A stretch of DNA of 47,094 bases, taken from Gemmatimonadota bacterium. GTDB taxonomy: Bacteria > Latescibacterota > UBA2968 > UBA8231. Location of the stretch: the NCBI GenBank assembly GCA_038128265.1, contig JAYPJE010000011.1, forward strand, positions 43,312 to 90,405, read 5' to 3'. The notes beneath the pieces are model-generated. The model saw only the letters and a program-made list of their open reading frames with translations. It was not told where the DNA came from and ran no database searches. Below, in pieces: positions 44,350 to 47,094 of this stretch; position 1 is the first letter of the stretch; every line of letters begins with the position of its first letter. The translations under genes were made by a program, and so were the position numbers.

Positions 44350-46275
44350 ATGGGATGGCGATGGTGTATCCGATTGGCCCTCTTCGGCGCAGTGCTCGGC
44401 TTGGTTCCGGCTAGCGGCCAGTCCGTGCGCACGTTCACCCTTGGCTTGGGCGGGCGCCCTTGGAGCGAAGGGGGCGGTAGCATTGATCCAGAGATTCTCG
44501 TCCGCGACTCGGCCATTGGACGAGTGGATACGACCAACACGCCCGAAGACGCTATCGACTTTCTGCAGCGTCCCGGCTGGATTAGCCCGCGCTTTTTTGA
44601 TCCGGAGGAAAATATCGCGTCGCGCGTCTTGCTGGACCGCGGCAGCATCACCGCGCCCAACTCGCTGCTAATTTCCAGTGCGGTGCGTCGCTTGCAGCTG
44701 GAGGGAACGGTCAACGGCGATCACAACGTGGCCTTTGAGCGCAAGCCGACCCTGTCCAATCCGGAGGCCAATGCGCGCGGCATCTTAGTCATTCTGGATT
44801 TTGGTATGCCGGTGGGCATTCACCGGGTGCGCTTTTACCCGCGCAATACGGTGGTGCCGACGCCCAATGCGCCGTTTCAGGACTATTTTATGCGCGGCTA
44901 TGAGGTGTGGATCAACGATCGCCAGACCAACACGGCGCAAAATGCCCCCGACGAACTGGTCGCGCGCGACGAAAAAAATGAGTCGCCCATCGTCGACGTG
45001 GACGTTCCTCCGCAGTACGTGCGCCTTATCAAAGTGCGCTCGCTGTCCTCGACGCCGTTTGAGATCGATGAAGTCGAGGTCTACGGCACCGGCTATTTGA
45101 GCGAAGCGCGCTACGTCACCGACCTAATCGATTTGGGCGATCGGGCGACGATTGGTCGGGTGCGCTGGATCGAGGAATCCGTTGGCGAGGCGGCCTTTTC
45201 CGCGCTGGGCGTGCGAGTGCGCACCGGTCTAGACGACACCCCCGTCGTCTACCAGCGCAAGGGGGTTGGCGAGTTCGGCGACCCCTTTGTTATCGAAGTG
45301 CCCGGAGAAGACTACTACGAATTAGACCGCCTCAACCGGGGTCCACTCATAGAGGACGAGGAGAATTGGAGCCCGTGGAAGTCGGCCGAAAGCGGCCAGC
45401 TAATAACGGCGCCGGGACCGCGGCGCTACGTGCAGTTTCGCCTCGACTTCAACGGTCGAATTTTCGATGCGCGGCAGGTCGCGCGCCTGCAGTTTGACTA
45501 CCTGCAGCCCCCCATAGCCGATACGCTGCGCGCGGAGGTGTTTCCGCGCCTGGCCGAAGCAGAAAAGGCGGCCAGCTTTAACTACGCCGTTTTGCTCAAG
45601 GCCAACGGCAGCGTGCGCGGCTACGATCGATTGGAAGTCGATACCAATATCGAGGTGGCGTCTATTCGCAACCTGCGCATCAACGGCGAGCCCGTCGATT
45701 TTGATGTGGTCGCCAACGAAGAAGATCGCTTCGTGCTGTCCTTTCCACTGGTCGACGGCGACGGCGACCTGCTCGAGTTCACATTTGACCTGCCAATCTT
45801 TCGCTTTGGCTCGACGTTTTCGGGGCGTGCTTATAACAGCCGCTGGCCCTCTGTGCCGCAGATCCTTGAAGCGGGCAATGCCGTATCGTTTGGTCCCGAA
45901 GACGTCGACGAATTGGCGAGTTTGGCGGTGGCCATTCCCCAAGCGCAGGTGGGAAAGCTCGTCGGCCAAATTCTCTTTTCCACGCGTGTGCTGACGCCCA
46001 ACGGCGACGGGATCAACGACGAGCTCGACATTTTTTTCAACTTGCTGCAGCTGACGCTGCCCACGCCTGTGGTCCTAGAGATTTACGATTTGGCCGGGCG
46101 TAAAGTGCATACAGTCTTTGACGACGAGCACCGCATCGGTCCGGTCGAAAAGCGCTGGGACGGTCGCGGGTCAGACGGCAGGGCACTGTTGCCTGGTTCC
46201 TATATCTGGGTTATGCGCATACGCGCCGACGCCTTTGAAGAAGTGCACACGGGCACCATAGCCATAGCTTATTGA
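44350..46275 (+). CDS. Secreted type-A paralog (one discoidin-like domain, CHU_C/FlgD-Ig-like CTD)
   Basis: Signal peptide; ILDFG...HRVRFYPR, DEVEVYGTGY, GRVRW, VRTG, WSPW, RRYVQFR, AEVFP, TPNGDGIND, WDGRG, PGSY; ends IAIAY. Confidence 0.8.
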   Translation: MGWRWCIRLALFGAVLGLVPASGQSVRTFTLGLGGRPWSEGGGSIDPEILVRDSAIGRVDTTNTPEDAIDFLQRPGWISPRFFDPEENIASRVLLDRGSITAPNSLLISSAVRRLQLEGTVNGDHNVAFERKPTLSNPEANARGILVILDFGMPVGIHRVRFYPRNTVVPTPNAPFQDYFMRGYEVWINDRQTNTAQNAPDELVARDEKNESPIVDVDVPPQYVRLIKVRSLSSTPFEIDEVEVYGTGYLSEARYVTDLIDLGDRATIGRVRWIEESVGEAAFSALGVRVRTGLDDTPVVYQRKGVGEFGDPFVIEVPGEDYYELDRLNRGPLIEDEENWSPWKSAESGQLITAPGPRRYVQFRLDFNGRIFDARQVARLQFDYLQPPIADTLRAEVFPRLAEAEKAASFNYAVLLKANGSVRGYDRLEVDTNIEVASIRNLRINGEPVDFDVVANEEDRFVLSFPLVDGDGDLLEFTFDLPIFRFGSTFSGRAYNSRWPSVPQILEAGNAVSFGPEDVDELASLAVAIPQAQVGKLVGQILFSTRVLTPNGDGINDELDIFFNLLQLTLPTPVVLEIYDLAGRKVHTVFDDEHRIGPVEKRWDGRGSDGRALLPGSYIWVMRIRADAFEEVHTGTIAIAY

Positions 46276-46301
46276 GCGTTTTTTATCGCGAAGTGGTGAA
46301 T

Positions 46302-47094
46302 ATGTTAGAACGGGTAATAAGGGGAGTGCTGCTGCTGGTCGTGCTGTGTAGCGCGGGCGCTTCCGCGCAGGAATACGGCGCTCGACTAGGCACGGTCAAG
46401 CGCGGGGGCAAGGTCTCGTTTGAACCTACGGGTCCGGGGATTCTCTTTGATGCGCTCGACCCGGTCGTGCGCAAGTGGTACGTGCCGCAGGAACTCTACG
46501 CCGAGTACGGGTGGGATTCGCGCGCGTACTCCAACTACGCCAACCAGCTGTATCAGCGCTACGTTTCGACGGCGCTTGAAGGCGACTACTTCTACGATAT
46601 ATACGGCAATTACCTGATGCACGGCTGGCTCATCTACGACTGGCGCCAGGAAAATCCCCAGCCCTTTGGTTCGATGGTCGAAAAGTCGGGTCGCTTCAGC
46701 TCGTGGTTTTCCAATCTGGTCATCGCCTCCGATCACAAGGGCCAGTACCACTACGCCATTACCATAGGCAGCCAAATCCGCACATCGCTGACGCCGATGA
46801 CGTTTTCCAAGCCGCTCTTTGACGGTCTCCAGTGGGATTTTATGTCCGACAAATATGCCGGTACGCTGGTTATGTCGCGCATAAGCGAGCCCGGCATTTC
46901 GGGGGCCAATCCGAGCCAGCAAACGGACAACACCAATTTGATCGGCGGCCGCGTGGAAGTGCAGATGGGCGACTTTGCCAAGGTTGGCGGCACGTTTGTC
47001 AACGCACACCAGGCCTACACGCAGCTCGAATCGTTTAGCGGCGATATGTTTAAAGGGGCGCTCACCGGTCCGCAGAACTTTGCCAGCATTTCGC
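46302..47094 (+). CDS. Third type-C paralog, truncated by the window edge (absent from the ORF track)
   Basis: Manual translation MLERVIRGVLLLVVLCSAGASAQEYGARLGTVKRGGKVSFEPTGPGILFDALDPVVRKWYVPQELY...VIASDHKGQY...LTPMTFSKPLFDG...TNLIGGR, closely matching the N-terminus of 18513-21266. Confidence 0.85.
   Translation, partial: MLERVIRGVLLLVVLCSAGASAQEYGARLGTVKRGGKVSFEPTGPGILFDALDPVVRKWYVPQELYAEYGWDSRAYSNYANQLYQRYVSTALEGDYFYDIYGNYLMHGWLIYDWRQENPQPFGSMVEKSGRFSSWFSNLVIASDHKGQYHYAITIGSQIRTSLTPMTFSKPLFDGLQWDFMSDKYAGTLVMSRISEPGISGANPSQQTDNTNLIGGRVEVQMGDFAKVGGTFVNAHQAYTQLESFSGDMFKGALTGPQNFASIS

Noticed and set aside
12602..47094. Diversity-generating retroelement or phase-variable shufflon behind the paralog set
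   Set aside because: No reverse transcriptase or recombinase, and no near-identical template/variable repeats noticed; paralogs are anciently diverged.

Overview
GC-rich bacterial window with about 29 densely packed CDSs. I found no rRNA, tRNA, CRISPR array or mobile element. The gene content suggests a diderm FCB-superphylum lineage such as Ca. Latescibacterota (inference). The left part (0.4-11.2 kb) is a metabolic and envelope cluster: acyl-CoA ligase, galU, LarA-family racemase, CsgG/FlgT-like lipoprotein, acyltransferase, TolB-like lipoprotein, GT39 glycosyltransferase and two internally duplicated exported proteins. The most notable signal is a repeated, apparently uncharacterised cell-surface or export module. 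Six paralogous secreted proteins share discoidin-like domain(s), a conserved central domain, an Ig-like domain and a C-terminal (T/S)PNGDG(V/I)ND...W(D/N)G.D...PG.Y domain that always ends in Tyr. They are interleaved with three paralogs of a ~900-aa putative outer-membrane beta-barrel carrying an acidic Ca-binding-like insert. The order is A-B-C (12.6-21.3 kb), A-B-C (37.3-44.3 kb) and A-C (44.3 kb to the end), plus one orphan A. Associated genes encode a probably highly expressed CBM9-like protein with a second C-terminal motif (WGxIK), a lipoprotein, a two-parvulin foldase, SGNH-TPR, CRTAC1/TPR and GT39-TPR proteins. Family assignments come from motifs read by eye; no database search was run.
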